Source: Spirochaetota bacterium
Lineage (GTDB): Bacteria; Spirochaetota; UBA12135; COTS27
Assembly (NCBI GenBank): GCA_965249715.1
Contig: CBDFMP010000047.1
Location: 128,362-192,361 of the forward strand
Direction of reading: 5' to 3'
DNA length: 64,000 bases
Part shown: positions 1 through 10,329 of the stretch, in pieces
Layout: every line of letters begins with the position of its first letter
Numbering within the stretch: position 1 is the stretch's first letter
Notes under the pieces: model-generated
Told to the model about the DNA's origin: nothing
What the model saw: only the letters and a program-made list of their open reading frames with translations
Database searches by the model: none
Program-made: the position numbers and the translations under genes

Positions 1-69
1 CAGAAGTACGTTCCCAGCAACGCGGCTACACTTACAAATATTTATAACCTCAGTGCAGTGCCTTATGCC

Positions 70-1554
70 TTATGGTTTAAGGCCGCCCATCAGGATGTAC
101 TTTGACTGCAAATACTCATTAATGCCTTCCTGTCCGCCTTCACTGCCCATGCCGGATTGTTTATGACCGCCAAATGGGGCATTCTCATAGCTGACAATGC
201 CTTCGTTGATGCCCACAATGCCCGCTTCTAGCTGCTCTGCTACGCGCCAGCTACGACTTATATCTTTGCTGAAAAAATAGGCAGCTAAGCCATATTCAGT
301 ATGATTGGCTGCCCGCAGCACCTCGGCTTCAGTAGCGAATTTGCTGATGCCGCCGATTGGCCCAAAGGTTTCTTCATGGTTGAGCAGTGCATCGGCACTA
401 ACGTCTCTTAATACGGTTGGTTCGTAAAACGTTTGTCCAAGTGCGTGTGCCTTGCCGCCGGTCATCACTTTTGCGCCTTTGCTCACAGCATCTGTGACAT
501 GACTGGCTGCCTTTTCCATTGACGCCCGATTGATGAGCGGACCTATCTGCGCACCTTCTGTAAAACCATCAGCAACTTTAAAGGCACTCACCTGTGCTGT
601 CAATTTCTTAACAAAAGCATCATAAATGCCCTCTTGCACATAAATTCTGTTTGCGCAGATACAGGTCTGACCGCTATTGCGATATTTACACATAGCGGCT
701 CCTTGTACTGCAGCATCTAGGTCTGCATCGTCAAAAACAATAAATGGCGCATTGCCGCCCAGTTCCAACGAGAGCTTCTTCATGCCTTCCGCTGATTGGC
801 GCATAAGAATTTTTCCCACACGCGTGGAGCCGGTTAGTGAAATCTTTTTCACTACAGGGGATTCGCAGAAAACTTTGCCAATAGCAGGCGCGTCACCAAA
901 GATTAACTGAATGACGCCGCCAAGCCCATTGGCAGCTGAGAAACCCACTTCTTCAGCCAGCTTGACCAGCGCAATAGCAGTATAAGGAGTCAGCTCGGAT
1001 GGTTTGATGACCATTGGACAGCCTACGGCAAGTGCGGGAGCGAGCTTGCGTGTAATCATTGCTGCTGGAAAGTTCCATGGAGTAATGGCAGCCGTCACGC
1101 CAACGGGTTGGCGAATGACCAATACACGTGTCTGATTATTCTGTTGTGGAACTTGCCTGCCATACGTACGTCTGCATTCTTCAGCGTACCAACGCACAAA
1201 GTTAGCAGCGTAACGGAGCTCGGTGTGTGCTTCTGTGAGCGGTTTCCCGTTTTCAGCCGTTAAAATTGCCGCAAGATCTTCAATATTTGTTAAGATCCGC
1301 TCATACCATAACATGAGCATATTCGCGCGCTGCAATGCCGTGTGCCCCGCCCAACGTGGAAAAACTTCTGCTGCATTTTTAACTGCTTGCGTGGCTTCTT
1401 CATGGCTCATGAACGGCAGTGTGCCAATAACTTCTCCTGTTGCCGGGTTGCTGACATCGGTAGTCTTAGTGCTGTTGCTGCCTACCCAGCTGCCGCCAAT
1501 AAAGCCTTGGTTGCCAATGAGGGTTTTATTTTGAATTTCTACTGGATAATTCAT
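70..1554 (-). CDS. gabD: NAD(P)+-dependent succinate-semialdehyde / aldehyde dehydrogenase
   Basis: 494-aa ORF with ALDH-family catalytic motifs LELGGNAP (general-base Glu) and RNSGQTCICANR (nucleophile Cys). The N-terminal FIGGSWVGS...NPATGEVIG resembles GabD-type enzymes. Confidence 0.8.
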   Translation of the reverse strand: MNYPVEIQNKTLIGNQGFIGGSWVGSNSTKTTDVSNPATGEVIGTLPFMSHEEATQAVKNAAEVFPRWAGHTALQRANMLMLWYERILTNIEDLAAILTAENGKPLTEAHTELRYAANFVRWYAEECRRTYGRQVPQQNNQTRVLVIRQPVGVTAAITPWNFPAAMITRKLAPALAVGCPMVIKPSELTPYTAIALVKLAEEVGFSAANGLGGVIQLIFGDAPAIGKVFCESPVVKKISLTGSTRVGKILMRQSAEGMKKLSLELGGNAPFIVFDDADLDAAVQGAAMCKYRNSGQTCICANRIYVQEGIYDAFVKKLTAQVSAFKVADGFTEGAQIGPLINRASMEKAASHVTDAVSKGAKVMTGGKAHALGQTFYEPTVLRDVSADALLNHEETFGPIGGISKFATEAEVLRAANHTEYGLAAYFFSKDISRSWRVAEQLEAGIVGINEGIVSYENAPFGGHKQSGMGSEGGQEGINEYLQSKYILMGGLKP

Positions 1555-1982
1555 TGTTTAGCTCCGCGTATTTATTGCAAATTTTAATTTCGTACCTATA
1601 AAACATGGAGCTGCCAAAATCTGAAAATAACCATGGCTGAACCAAGATACTCTAACATAGTATAACTTAGCTTAGCCAATTCAGGAGGACTTATGTTTGC
1701 TAAAAGCTGAATGAAGTGAGGATTGATTGAATAAAATTTTACTAATGTTGGACAGTGGGGACGGAAATAGGCAGAACTTCCTTTGTTTTTGAAGGAATTA
1801 CTGTAAAAAAAAAGCTATTTTTTACACAAATGATAAATTTCACCCATTTAGGGCGTATTGGGTGTTATAATTAACCAATCAGTGGAGGTAAATACCTTCT
1901 TCTCCGTGTCATAAACATCGGAGTGGTGGCGTTTTAACTTTAATATAATCTGAGTACTTTTTGTATATTTGGAGATCGCTAA

Positions 1983-2825
1983 ATGAGAATTAATCATAAT
2001 ATATCTGCTATTAACTCAACACGAGTGTTGAATGCCCGTGATTTGGATATTAGTAAGGGGTTTGCACGTGTGTCATCGGGACAGCGTATTAATACAGCTG
2101 GTGATGATGCTGCTGCATTTGCAGTGTCAGAAAAATTGCGTACGCAGATTAGTTCCTTGGTATCAGCTGGAAAGAACACAAATGATGCTATTTCATTTAT
2201 TCAAACGACTGAGGGATACTTGCAAGAAGCGCAGAATCTTCTGGTTAGAATTAAAGAATTGGCAATTCAAGCTGGTAACGGTATTTATTCAAGTGGGGAT
2301 CGTGTCCTCATTCAAAAGGAAGTTAGCCAATTAGTCGCTGAAATTGATAGAATTTCATCGTTTGCTGAGTTCAATGGTCAGAAGATGCTCGACGGTCGTT
2401 TTGCCCGCGGTGGCGCTGAAAGTGTGCCGGTAGCATCACTATACTTTCATGTTGGCCCGGATGTTGACCAAACTATTCGCGCTTTTATTGCCACATTTAA
2501 TTCACAGGCGCTTGGTTTGGAGAATGTCAGTATTTCTTCGCCTTCAAAGGCGAATCAGGCAATTGCTTCTATTGATGAAGCTATTTCTCGCATTAATGAC
2601 CAACGTACAGACCTTGGTGCTTATCAAAACAGACTGGACAGTGTTTTGTCCACTACTAATGTCACGATTGAGAATTTTGTTGCTGCTGAAGGTAAAATTC
2701 GTGATACAAATATAGCGCAGGAAGTGACCGAGCTGTCTAAGAATTTGTTGGTTAATCAAGCTAATATAGCAATGCTTGCACAGGCGAATGCAAACGCACA
2801 AGGTATTTTGCGAATCTTAGGCTAA
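1983..2825 (+). CDS. flaB: Flagellin, short FlaB-type core flagellin
   Basis: 280 aa. N-terminal MRINHNISA...SSGQRINTAGDDAAAFAVSEKLRTQ and C-terminal DLGAYQNRLD...NIAMLAQANANAQGILRIL form the flagellin D0/D1 helices. There is no D2/D3 insert. The central GRFARG...LYFHVGPDVDQ resembles spirochaetal FlaB. GGAG lies about 9 nt upstream of the ATG. Confidence 0.9.
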   Translation: MRINHNISAINSTRVLNARDLDISKGFARVSSGQRINTAGDDAAAFAVSEKLRTQISSLVSAGKNTNDAISFIQTTEGYLQEAQNLLVRIKELAIQAGNGIYSSGDRVLIQKEVSQLVAEIDRISSFAEFNGQKMLDGRFARGGAESVPVASLYFHVGPDVDQTIRAFIATFNSQALGLENVSISSPSKANQAIASIDEAISRINDQRTDLGAYQNRLDSVLSTTNVTIENFVAAEGKIRDTNIAQEVTELSKNLLVNQANIAMLAQANANAQGILRILG

Positions 2826-2848
2826 GGTTTAATTTTCTGAAAGTCTCG

Positions 2849-2876
2849 CGCGATGATGTTTGAAGACATCGTCGCG
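2849..2876 (+). terminator. Possible intrinsic terminator hairpin after flagellin gene
   Basis: An 11-bp stem (cgcgatgatgt / acatcgtcgcg, one G-U pair) with 6-nt loop ttgaag lies 24 nt after the stop. Only a weak, displaced U-run (attttgt) follows. Confidence 0.35.
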
Positions 2877-3445
2877 GTGCTTGCAGATTTTGTAGAAGTT
2901 GACGGTTGGCTGAAGCTTAGTCTTCAAGCCCGCTCTTAACTTTTCATTTTGTCCATGTTGGAGATGATGTTGATCATCTCATGATGGATTTTTCTTAAAG
3001 CTTGGAATTTCCGAGTGCATGGGGATTCGGGGAAGGTTTTCTCTTGCACTTGGTTTTTTGGGTTTATCACTTTTTATAGAATCCTAATGCTGGATGTCAG
3101 CTGAGCTTGCCTGCAGTAATAATGCTGTCAGCTGGTTGTTTTTCTTGTTTGACTAAGTTAAAGTTTTTGTCACAATGCAATGCTTTGTTATCAATGAACA
3201 ATCATCTTGTTTTTGCCAGCTTAGTTGTGTTTTTTATATAAAAAAACGATACTAAACTAGAAGATTTTCGTTTAATTTCTATAAGTCTGGTTGACCAATA
3301 AAGTTTGGTATTGATTTTTAGGTTTTATTGAGTGGTCGGTTGTTTTTCATTTTATAATTGATCATCGCTTAGGTGTGCCGTGGCATTAAATTGCTCAGCT
3401 GGCAGTAAGTTTTAAATTTCGGTGTGTAATAAACAGTAGCAGCAT

Positions 3446-5479
3446 ATGGATAAAAAAGATAAAGAACAGGAAGAGTTTTTAAAAGAAATCGAGAAGAAGT
3501 TGCATGGGCAGAATTCGCCCAATGGCTCTGAAAAGCCGCCTTTTTCGCGTAATCCTAAAAAGCAACAGGGGCAAGCGTGGAATCGTTTCTCTTATTTTCT
3601 TATCTTTCTACTGGTGATCTTTACATTTCTGGCATTGGACAAACGTCGCACGAAGGATGACCCTACACAAATATCATATTCACAGTTTATGAATGATGTG
3701 GGGGCGGGAGACATTAAAGAGGTATTGATCGTTGAGAATCTCAGTATCATTGAATTTTCTAAGGATGGTGTTGCTTATACCACGCGTATTCCTTATACAG
3801 ATATTAATCTTGTTGAGAAACTATTGGCTGGTCAGGTGGTCATTCATTCTGAGACACGGGAACAATCTAGATTATTACTGATTTTTTTACAATGGCTTCC
3901 ATGGATTGTATTGATGGTCTTTTTTTGGTTTATTATCTCGCGGCAGTTGCGCGGACGCGGCAGTGAGGCCTTTAGTTTTGGCAAAAGTAAGGCACAAATG
4001 ATCTCCAGCCATGACATTAAAGAACGCTTTGATGATGTGAAAGGATGTCAGGAAGCTATTGATGACTTAAAAGATATTGTTGCTTTTTTGCGTAATCCGC
4101 GTCAGTTCAGTACCTTGGGAGCACGTACCCCTAAGGGCGTGTTATTGGTGGGGTTGCCGGGGACGGGCAAAACATTGCTTGCGAAAGCAGTTGCCGGTGA
4201 ATCTAATGTTCCGTTTTTCTCTATTTCCGGTTCTGATTTTGTCGAAATGTTTGTGGGGGTGGGTGCTTCGCGTGTGCGCAGCTTGTTTGAGAATGGCAAG
4301 AAACATTCACCCTGTATTATCTTCATTGATGAAATTGATGCTGTTGGGCGCGCGCGCGGCGCTGGTTATGGCGGCGGGCATGACGAGCGCGAACAGACAC
4401 TTAATCAGCTCTTGGTGGAAATGGACGGGTTTGCCACTGGAGAAGGCATTATATTAATGGCAGCAACGAATCGTCCGGATGTTTTAGATAAAGCACTTTT
4501 GCGTCCAGGACGTTTTGATCGTCAGGTGGTGGTGGAAGTACCGGACATGCTGGGACGTGAAGGCATTTTAGCAGTACATGCCAAAAAGATTAAGTTAAGC
4601 CGTGATGTTAAATTGAATCGTATTGCGCGTTCGACGGCGGGCATGACGGGTGCTGACCTTGCCAATGTTATCAATGAAGCGGCGCTCATTGCCGCTAAAA
4701 ATAATAAACGTTATGTGGAGGTTACAGATCTGGATAAGGCCAAGGATAAAGTCCTCTTGGGTTCAGAACGCCGCTCTATGTTCATTTCCCCGCAGGAGAA
4801 ATTGAATACGGCTTATCATGAAGCAGGGCATGCATTGGTAAGCTTGCTCAGTCCCAATGCCAATGATCTGGATAAGGTGACCATTATTCCGCGCGGGCGT
4901 GCCTTGGGCATTACGCACTTTCTGCCCAAGGACGGCAAACATACCATGAATAAAAAAGCTCTGGAGGCTGAGTTGCGTGTGCTTTACGGTGGACGCGTGG
5001 CAGAAGAACTGATTTTCAAAGATGTTACGAATGGAGCGATGAATGACATTGAGCGCGCCACAGAAATTGCCAAATCGATGGTTTGTGAGTGGGGGCTAAG
5101 CCGACTGGGACCTATTGCCTTTAGCGAAAAGAAAACATCGCTTTATTTGCCAAGTAATGAGTACGGTGCAACGGCTTCTGTGCATTCTGAGGAAGTCACT
5201 AAGAAAATTGATCTTGAAATTAAGCGCATTTTAGATACCGCGTATGCAGAAACAAAGGCCTTGCTCAAAAAGTATAATAAGCAGCTGCGGCAGCTTGCGG
5301 AGCTGTTATTGGAAAAAGAGACGGTAGGTATGGATGAACTGCGCGTCTTATTGAAATTTAAGGCTGCTAAAATAATTCCCGCTAGTCCTGAAGGAACGAA
5401 GATACGTTCACGCAAAGGTTCTAAGAGCGAGAAGGGCAAGGAACTCAAATCCGGACGGGTGGCGCTAAATCCTGCTTAG
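3446..5479 (+). CDS. ftsH: ATP-dependent zinc metalloprotease FtsH
   Basis: 677 aa with two N-terminal TM segments, Walker [18 protein letters not shown], Walker [13 protein letters not shown] region [20 protein letters not shown] and zinc motif HEAGHAL. Confidence 0.95.
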   Translation: MDKKDKEQEEFLKEIEKKLHGQNSPNGSEKPPFSRNPKKQQGQAWNRFSYFLIFLLVIFTFLALDKRRTKDDPTQISYSQFMNDVGAGDIKEVLIVENLSIIEFSKDGVAYTTRIPYTDINLVEKLLAGQVVIHSETREQSRLLLIFLQWLPWIVLMVFFWFIISRQLRGRGSEAFSFGKSKAQMISSHDIKERFDDVKGCQEAIDDLKDIVAFLRNPRQFSTLGARTPKGVLLVGLPGTGKTLLAKAVAGESNVPFFSISGSDFVEMFVGVGASRVRSLFENGKKHSPCIIFIDEIDAVGRARGAGYGGGHDEREQTLNQLLVEMDGFATGEGIILMAATNRPDVLDKALLRPGRFDRQVVVEVPDMLGREGILAVHAKKIKLSRDVKLNRIARSTAGMTGADLANVINEAALIAAKNNKRYVEVTDLDKAKDKVLLGSERRSMFISPQEKLNTAYHEAGHALVSLLSPNANDLDKVTIIPRGRALGITHFLPKDGKHTMNKKALEAELRVLYGGRVAEELIFKDVTNGAMNDIERATEIAKSMVCEWGLSRLGPIAFSEKKTSLYLPSNEYGATASVHSEEVTKKIDLEIKRILDTAYAETKALLKKYNKQLRQLAELLLEKETVGMDELRVLLKFKAAKIIPASPEGTKIRSRKGSKSEKGKELKSGRVALNPA

Positions 5480-5490
5480 GTTCAATAATC

Positions 5491-6618
5491 ATGAGCTTTA
5501 AATATCTTCGTGGCGGTACTGGCTTATTTTTAGCGGGTGTAATCGGTGTTTTGGTTGTCTATTTGGGCATTGAGGTAACACGCGGCTATAAAACGAGGGT
5601 ATTGAGTACTGGATTGGCTGCAGGGAGCGATGAGAAAGTACTACTAACTTCAGCTGAAAATGAACAAACGGATGTCGCTGCCAAGCTTTTGGCATTGGAA
5701 GCAGAATTGATACAAGAAAATTCCCAGCAACCGAATTCATTACCGCTGACATTAGATGCTTTTGAGAAAGAGATTTTTACTTATATTAATGAAGAGTTGG
5801 ATAAAATCCTTGTCACAACAGAAGCTGAAAAAGAATCGTCCACTGTTACGAAAGCAGCATTAAAGGAGCTTGGTATTGTTGTACAGGATAAAATAGCAAA
5901 ATTTCGTGCAGCCGCTTCATTAACACCGGAGCTGGACGCCCGCTTGTCTGAGCTTGAATTTTATGTTTATATCCAGGTCATGCGTGATCGTGAAGCAAGT
6001 GAACGTGCGATCACTGCCATGCCCAATGGTAATGACAAGCTGCTTAGTATCATGAGTTACTTGGAAGCTTTTGCACCACTTGCTGAGCACGATCAACTAA
6101 GAGCTTTTGCGCTCAAACACAAGGCATGGGCCAGGCAGTTGCAAGGTGGTTATGTTAAGCAAATAGATTATGTATTGTTTAAAGTTGCTCCCATTGGGCA
6201 GAAGCTTCCCAACCATTTTAAGGGTATTCAAAGTATTGCAGGAGCTAACCTGGATATGGAGAAATTTAAGGGAAAGGTGCTTTTGCTTGATTTTTGGGCA
6301 ACTTGGTGTGCTCCTTGTTTAGCTGAAATACCCTACCATCAAGAGGCTTATTATAAGTATCATGAGCGAGGTTTCGCTATTATTTACGTTAATATCGACG
6401 CCACTGAGCAGGTTTTTAAGGACTTTTTGCAAACACAAGATATGCCGTGGCACCATGTTTACAGTGGTGCTAATTTTGATGAACGTAAAGAAAATTTGGC
6501 ATTTCAATATGCAGTGGACCGGTTGCCTGCATCATACCTGATATCTAAGGATGGAGTTGTTTTGCTCAGGGATCTTAAGAATACAGGCCTGCGCGAAGCT
6601 TTAGCCGATTTATTTTAA
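5491..6618 (+). CDS. Membrane-anchored thioredoxin-fold thiol:disulfide oxidoreductase (TlpA/ResA-like)
   Basis: 375 aa with an N-terminal TM helix (GLFLAGVIGVLVVYLGI) and a long helical linker. The C-terminal redoxin domain has LLLDFWATWCAPCLAEIP (a CxxC active site). Confidence 0.7.
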   Translation: MSFKYLRGGTGLFLAGVIGVLVVYLGIEVTRGYKTRVLSTGLAAGSDEKVLLTSAENEQTDVAAKLLALEAELIQENSQQPNSLPLTLDAFEKEIFTYINEELDKILVTTEAEKESSTVTKAALKELGIVVQDKIAKFRAAASLTPELDARLSELEFYVYIQVMRDREASERAITAMPNGNDKLLSIMSYLEAFAPLAEHDQLRAFALKHKAWARQLQGGYVKQIDYVLFKVAPIGQKLPNHFKGIQSIAGANLDMEKFKGKVLLLDFWATWCAPCLAEIPYHQEAYYKYHERGFAIIYVNIDATEQVFKDFLQTQDMPWHHVYSGANFDERKENLAFQYAVDRLPASYLISKDGVVLLRDLKNTGLREALADLF

Positions 6619-6638
6619 CTAAGCTGCCTGCTCTGATT

Positions 6639-7349
6639 GTGACAGCACTTCAGACGCGACTGAACGCGTTAAAATCGCGTGTGGCGGCTGCATGTGTGAG
6701 CGCCGGGCGTGCACCAACCGCTGCCAGCTTAGTGGTCGCCACAAAGTATGCCAAGCCTGCGGCAATCTGTGAACTCTTAGCTGCAGGCCCGCTGATTATT
6801 GGCGAGAGTCGTGTTCAAGACGCCATTCCTAAAGCAAAACTGCTAGCAGCTGCCAACACCCAGTCAAATTTTGATTTGCATTTTATCGGGCATTTGCAGA
6901 CGAATAAATTGGCAGCATTGCTCCCGTGGGTGAGCATGTTGCATTCACTTGATAGTTTGAAGCTGGCACACGCACTGGCGCGAAAATTGACTGTATTGGA
7001 GAAGACGTTACCTGTGCTTCTGCAGGTTAACGTCACAGGCGAGGCAAGTAAATTTGGCTTCACTCCAGCTGAACTCAGACAGGCACTGGAAGAACTGAGC
7101 CGCTTACCGCAATTGTCCATTAGTGGACTGATGACCATGGCACCTTTACAGGCTTCAGCAGGTGACTTGAACGCTTGTTTTACGGAAGTAGCACAACTGA
7201 AGAGTGACTTGGCAGCATTAGCCCAGAAATTCGCTTATGCCAATATGAATTTTAAAGAGCTTTCTATGGGCATGTCTCAGGACTTTGAAGCAGCAATTGC
7301 AGCGGGTGCAACATTTGTGCGGATCGGTCGTGCAGTATTCACTCCCTGA
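6639..7349 (+). CDS. yggS: PLP-binding protein YggS/PROSC family
   Basis: 236 aa with a GTG start. It carries VVATKYAKP (PLP-lysine context), IGHLQTNK and the C-terminal LSMGMSQDFEAAIAAGATFVRIGRAVF typical of YggS. Confidence 0.8.
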   Translation: MTALQTRLNALKSRVAAACVSAGRAPTAASLVVATKYAKPAAICELLAAGPLIIGESRVQDAIPKAKLLAAANTQSNFDLHFIGHLQTNKLAALLPWVSMLHSLDSLKLAHALARKLTVLEKTLPVLLQVNVTGEASKFGFTPAELRQALEELSRLPQLSISGLMTMAPLQASAGDLNACFTEVAQLKSDLAALAQKFAYANMNFKELSMGMSQDFEAAIAAGATFVRIGRAVFTP

Positions 7350-7370
7350 TGGAAGTGAACACTGCACGCG

Positions 7371-7937
7371 TTATGATTTATGCATGGATGTAGATTTTGC
7401 TGTATTTTCTAACAGTTCTAAGTAATCGGGGTGCATGTGCTGAATGTTGGCACCGCCAATGAGCTTGCTGTTGTTGATGAGACTTTTAATGATGACTAGG
7501 ATGCGTTCACGATCTTCCTGACTGGAATCACGCCAGAGATTGATGAGCTCCTTTTCCTTATAAGAAATGGCAATTGCCTTATTTTCTTTCTGTCCGTCTT
7601 TTTTTAGCTCAGTTTCGTAATGATGTTTAAGTTTTTGCAGATCCAGATACTTCCTAATATCTACTTGTGCATCCGATTTAAGCGAGTGATAGTCTTCCAA
7701 TAGTGAAGCTGACTCGTTGTCCAGAGTTTCGTTTTTCAGAAACATTGGACCTTCGCCTTCTAAGAGCCATGTATGGCTGAGTGAGAATTTGGCTTGCAGC
7801 GACAATGCTACTGTGATTGGAATACGCGAGCCTTTAAGGTAGCGCGTAATATTAGAATGAGAAATCCCCAATCTTTTGGAAATTTCAATTTGTTTAACGC
7901 CCAAGGTGGTAATGAATAGTTTGAGTCGCTCTGTCAT
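7371..7937 (-). CDS. XRE-family helix-turn-helix transcriptional regulator with uncharacterised C-terminal domain
   Basis: 188 aa. The N-terminal HTH is LGVKQIEISKRLGISHSNITRYLKG, followed by WLLEGEGPMF (a phage-repressor-like motif). The gene is flanked upstream by a 380-bp AT-rich spacer. Confidence 0.65.
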   Translation of the reverse strand: MTERLKLFITTLGVKQIEISKRLGISHSNITRYLKGSRIPITVALSLQAKFSLSHTWLLEGEGPMFLKNETLDNESASLLEDYHSLKSDAQVDIRKYLDLQKLKHHYETELKKDGQKENKAIAISYKEKELINLWRDSSQEDRERILVIIKSLINNSKLIGGANIQHMHPDYLELLENTAKSTSMHKS

Positions 7938-8318
7938 GGTTATGACCTCTTAATATGAGTGATAGTTATATTGTTAAATAATTAAAAGCACAGACCTACT
8001 TTATTAATAAACAGTGCTGATTTATAATACTGAAAGATTAATTTATATTTGAATAATTAATTTAAGTGAAAAAAAACAATTTTTTTTCACTTGGTTCTAT
8101 TTTTATAAAACACCTTAATTTTAGCTTAGCTTAACGAGGTGTAAGCGGTAAACCCGTAATAATCAGGTAATTTTTGTATAAAATGCGTATAGCTCTATAA
8201 ATTTATTGTGATGCCAATATTGTAAAATATTCTCAGCCAATGACTTTTTCGTCCAGAAATTCTAGACGATTAAACTATGTTTATGAAATTAGTGTGTAGA
8301 GGATAAGCAAATATTTCT

Positions 8319-9413
8319 TCATTGGGCAACGGCGGGGGTGCTAAAATGGACTGCTGTGTCGCTTGTACAAGCTTTTACAGCATTCACAATAGTTTTCAAT
8401 GTATGTTCCGGTGTTTCAGGTATGACACCGTGTCCCAAATTCACTATCCACTGTGGGTGTTTGTTGAAAAAACGAAGGTATGTCATTAAGTACTTGGATA
8501 ATTGCGGTTCACTGAACTTAAGCGGATATGCTGGAGGAATATTCCCTTGCAGAACAGTAGGAACAACTCCATCCGCGTTTGTCAGTGCTGTGAGCGCAGC
8601 ATCAAGTGTGACATGATGATCAATGCCAATGGCATCAAATGCATGAACGGGAAGCTTGGCATAATTGGAAAAACCAAGCGGAAAATAAATAACAGGTACG
8701 TGACGACGGATTTCATGGCTGATGCGTAGGATATAGGGGAGCACCGCACTGAGATAGCGGTTACCAGCAAGCAAGCCCGCTCCGCTTTCAAAAATTTGAA
8801 ACGCGTCAATGCCGTTTGCTATTTGCAAGCGAGCATATTCGATGGTACTGACGCAGAGGTGCTCCATCCATGCCTTAAACGTGTCGGGATTACGTTCAAT
8901 AAATGTTAAGGCTTTGCGAAAGTTTCCGCCCTGTCCTTCAAAAAGGTAGAGAAACATCGTTAGGGGGCCGCCGCAAAACCCAATGAGTGGAACCGTGGGG
9001 GCTGCTTTTTTAGTAAGCTGCAGCGTCTGCGCTAAGGCGTTGAGCGCGGGATGTTCACTTTGATAGGGATGGGCGCGCGGGGAGGCCTTGCTTGCGCAGA
9101 GTGCTGGACTGAGCAACGGACTTAGGGGTTTGCGCGCATTGCCGAAGGTGAGGTTAAAGCCCATGGCTTCAGCCAGCACCAGAATATCTGAAAAGACAAT
9201 GGCGGCATCTACGCCCAATTCAGCTACTGGCAGTAAGGTGATTTTGGCAGCCAGTTCAGGGGTCCTGATTAGCGTTTGGAAATCGTACTTGGCTTTAAGC
9301 GTGCGATACGACCTCAGACAGCGCCCGGCTTGCCGCATGAACCACACGGGCGGGCGCGGCGTGCTTTCTTTACGCAGAACTTTTAATAAAAGCGAGTCTG
9401 TTGCAGGGGACAT
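8319..9413 (-). CDS. hemE: Uroporphyrinogen decarboxylase
   Basis: 364 aa. The N-terminal RPPVWFMRQAGRCLRSYR matches the HemE signature (PVWxMRQAGR), and the length and layout are URO-D-like. Confidence 0.85.
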   Translation of the reverse strand: MSPATDSLLLKVLRKESTPRPPVWFMRQAGRCLRSYRTLKAKYDFQTLIRTPELAAKITLLPVAELGVDAAIVFSDILVLAEAMGFNLTFGNARKPLSPLLSPALCASKASPRAHPYQSEHPALNALAQTLQLTKKAAPTVPLIGFCGGPLTMFLYLFEGQGGNFRKALTFIERNPDTFKAWMEHLCVSTIEYARLQIANGIDAFQIFESGAGLLAGNRYLSAVLPYILRISHEIRRHVPVIYFPLGFSNYAKLPVHAFDAIGIDHHVTLDAALTALTNADGVVPTVLQGNIPPAYPLKFSEPQLSKYLMTYLRFFNKHPQWIVNLGHGVIPETPEHTLKTIVNAVKACTSDTAVHFSTPAVAQ

Positions 9414-10093
9414 TGTGGTTATTTTCTATTGCCTGTTCTGTAGGGCTTGAAAAGAGCTTGGAAGCTGTGGTTGCTGATATCCTTTTGGTATATTCCATAA
9501 AAGCATCGCGGCTAATGGTACTTCGTCTGGGCGATTGCCGTTTAAAATTGCCTTTGCTAACTACCAGGATATATTCATGTGTATCGCGCAGGGTGGGATT
9601 GTGGCAGATTGCCCCAGGCACAGGAATTGCCTGCACTGGCGCCCTTAGTCCAAATAATTTCGCCGCGCATGGAGTCGCCTAAGTCGTTAGTTAGCTCTAG
9701 TACATAGAGATGTAGCGGTATATAAGGTTTGCGTCCAACATTGGCTATGTTCACACAGGCGCGTCCGCCTTGCACCAGGACACGATACGTTTCCTGCAAT
9801 ACCTTCACAAGCAAAGCTACACACTCTTGTAAAGATAAATCGGCTTCATACTCTTTGCCAACGTTATAAGGCGGGGACATGATCATCAAATGTATGCAGT
9901 TATCGGGCAGCTGTTGCATGTTGCTGCTGTCCTGCAAATATAGCTTGTTAGTTTCTGTTGGTTCGTTTTTTATGCACTGCGCGTTATCGGGCGGTTTGGC
10001 GATGGTACTGTATATTTTGCGTTTGTAAAAAGAGCTGGCATCATGCCCTTCGCGCTTTGTAGCCCCGAATGCAGCTGTTATGGTACGTCCCAT
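9370..10093 (-). pseudogene. Decayed beta-class N6A/N4C DNA methyltransferase (SPPY motif), frameshifted and 3'-truncated
   Basis: ORF 9575..10093 carries IHLMIMSPPYNVGKEY (catalytic motif IV) and IIWTK...AWG. The reading frame then switches (overlap 9575-9636) to ORF 9370..9636, which continues NPTLRDTHEYILVVSKG...FMEYTK. Homology stops before any FxGxG AdoMet motif, and the ORF runs into the hemE start. Confidence 0.7.
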
Positions 10094-10329
10094 AAGTTGT
10101 TCCCATCTGGGTCTATAATGCTCTTAGTTAACAGAGAACGCTCTCATACCCCCTACCCCTTTAAACAGGTATTCTTTTTATGCTTTCTATATGGTTTTTT
10201 AGAAATTTTTTATGGACACAATTGAAACTGGACCCCTAGATTATATTATAACTTATGAATAGTAAGGTGTTTATCGCTAAGATTTTGCAGTTTAATTAAT
10301 ATTTAAAAATAGGTTTACTCAATAATAAA

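Noticed and set aside
677-1587. Plus-strand ORFs (677..910, 1223..1534, 1342..1587) inside the gabD-like gene. Similar antisense or overlapping ORFs occur throughout the track (e.g. 4077..4457, 12630..13004, 33449..33856, 39435..40178, 54951..55649, 62342..62818).
   Set aside because: Each lies wholly within a longer opposite-strand or same-locus ORF that has clear family motifs. Their translations are low-complexity or Cys/Arg/Ser-rich, as expected for shadow frames.
1833-1863. A sigma-28-like promoter upstream of the flagellin gene (TAAA-N15-GCGTATTG).
   Set aside because: Only 4 of 8 positions match the GCCGATAA -10 consensus, and the site is about 120 nt from the start codon. This is too weak to call.
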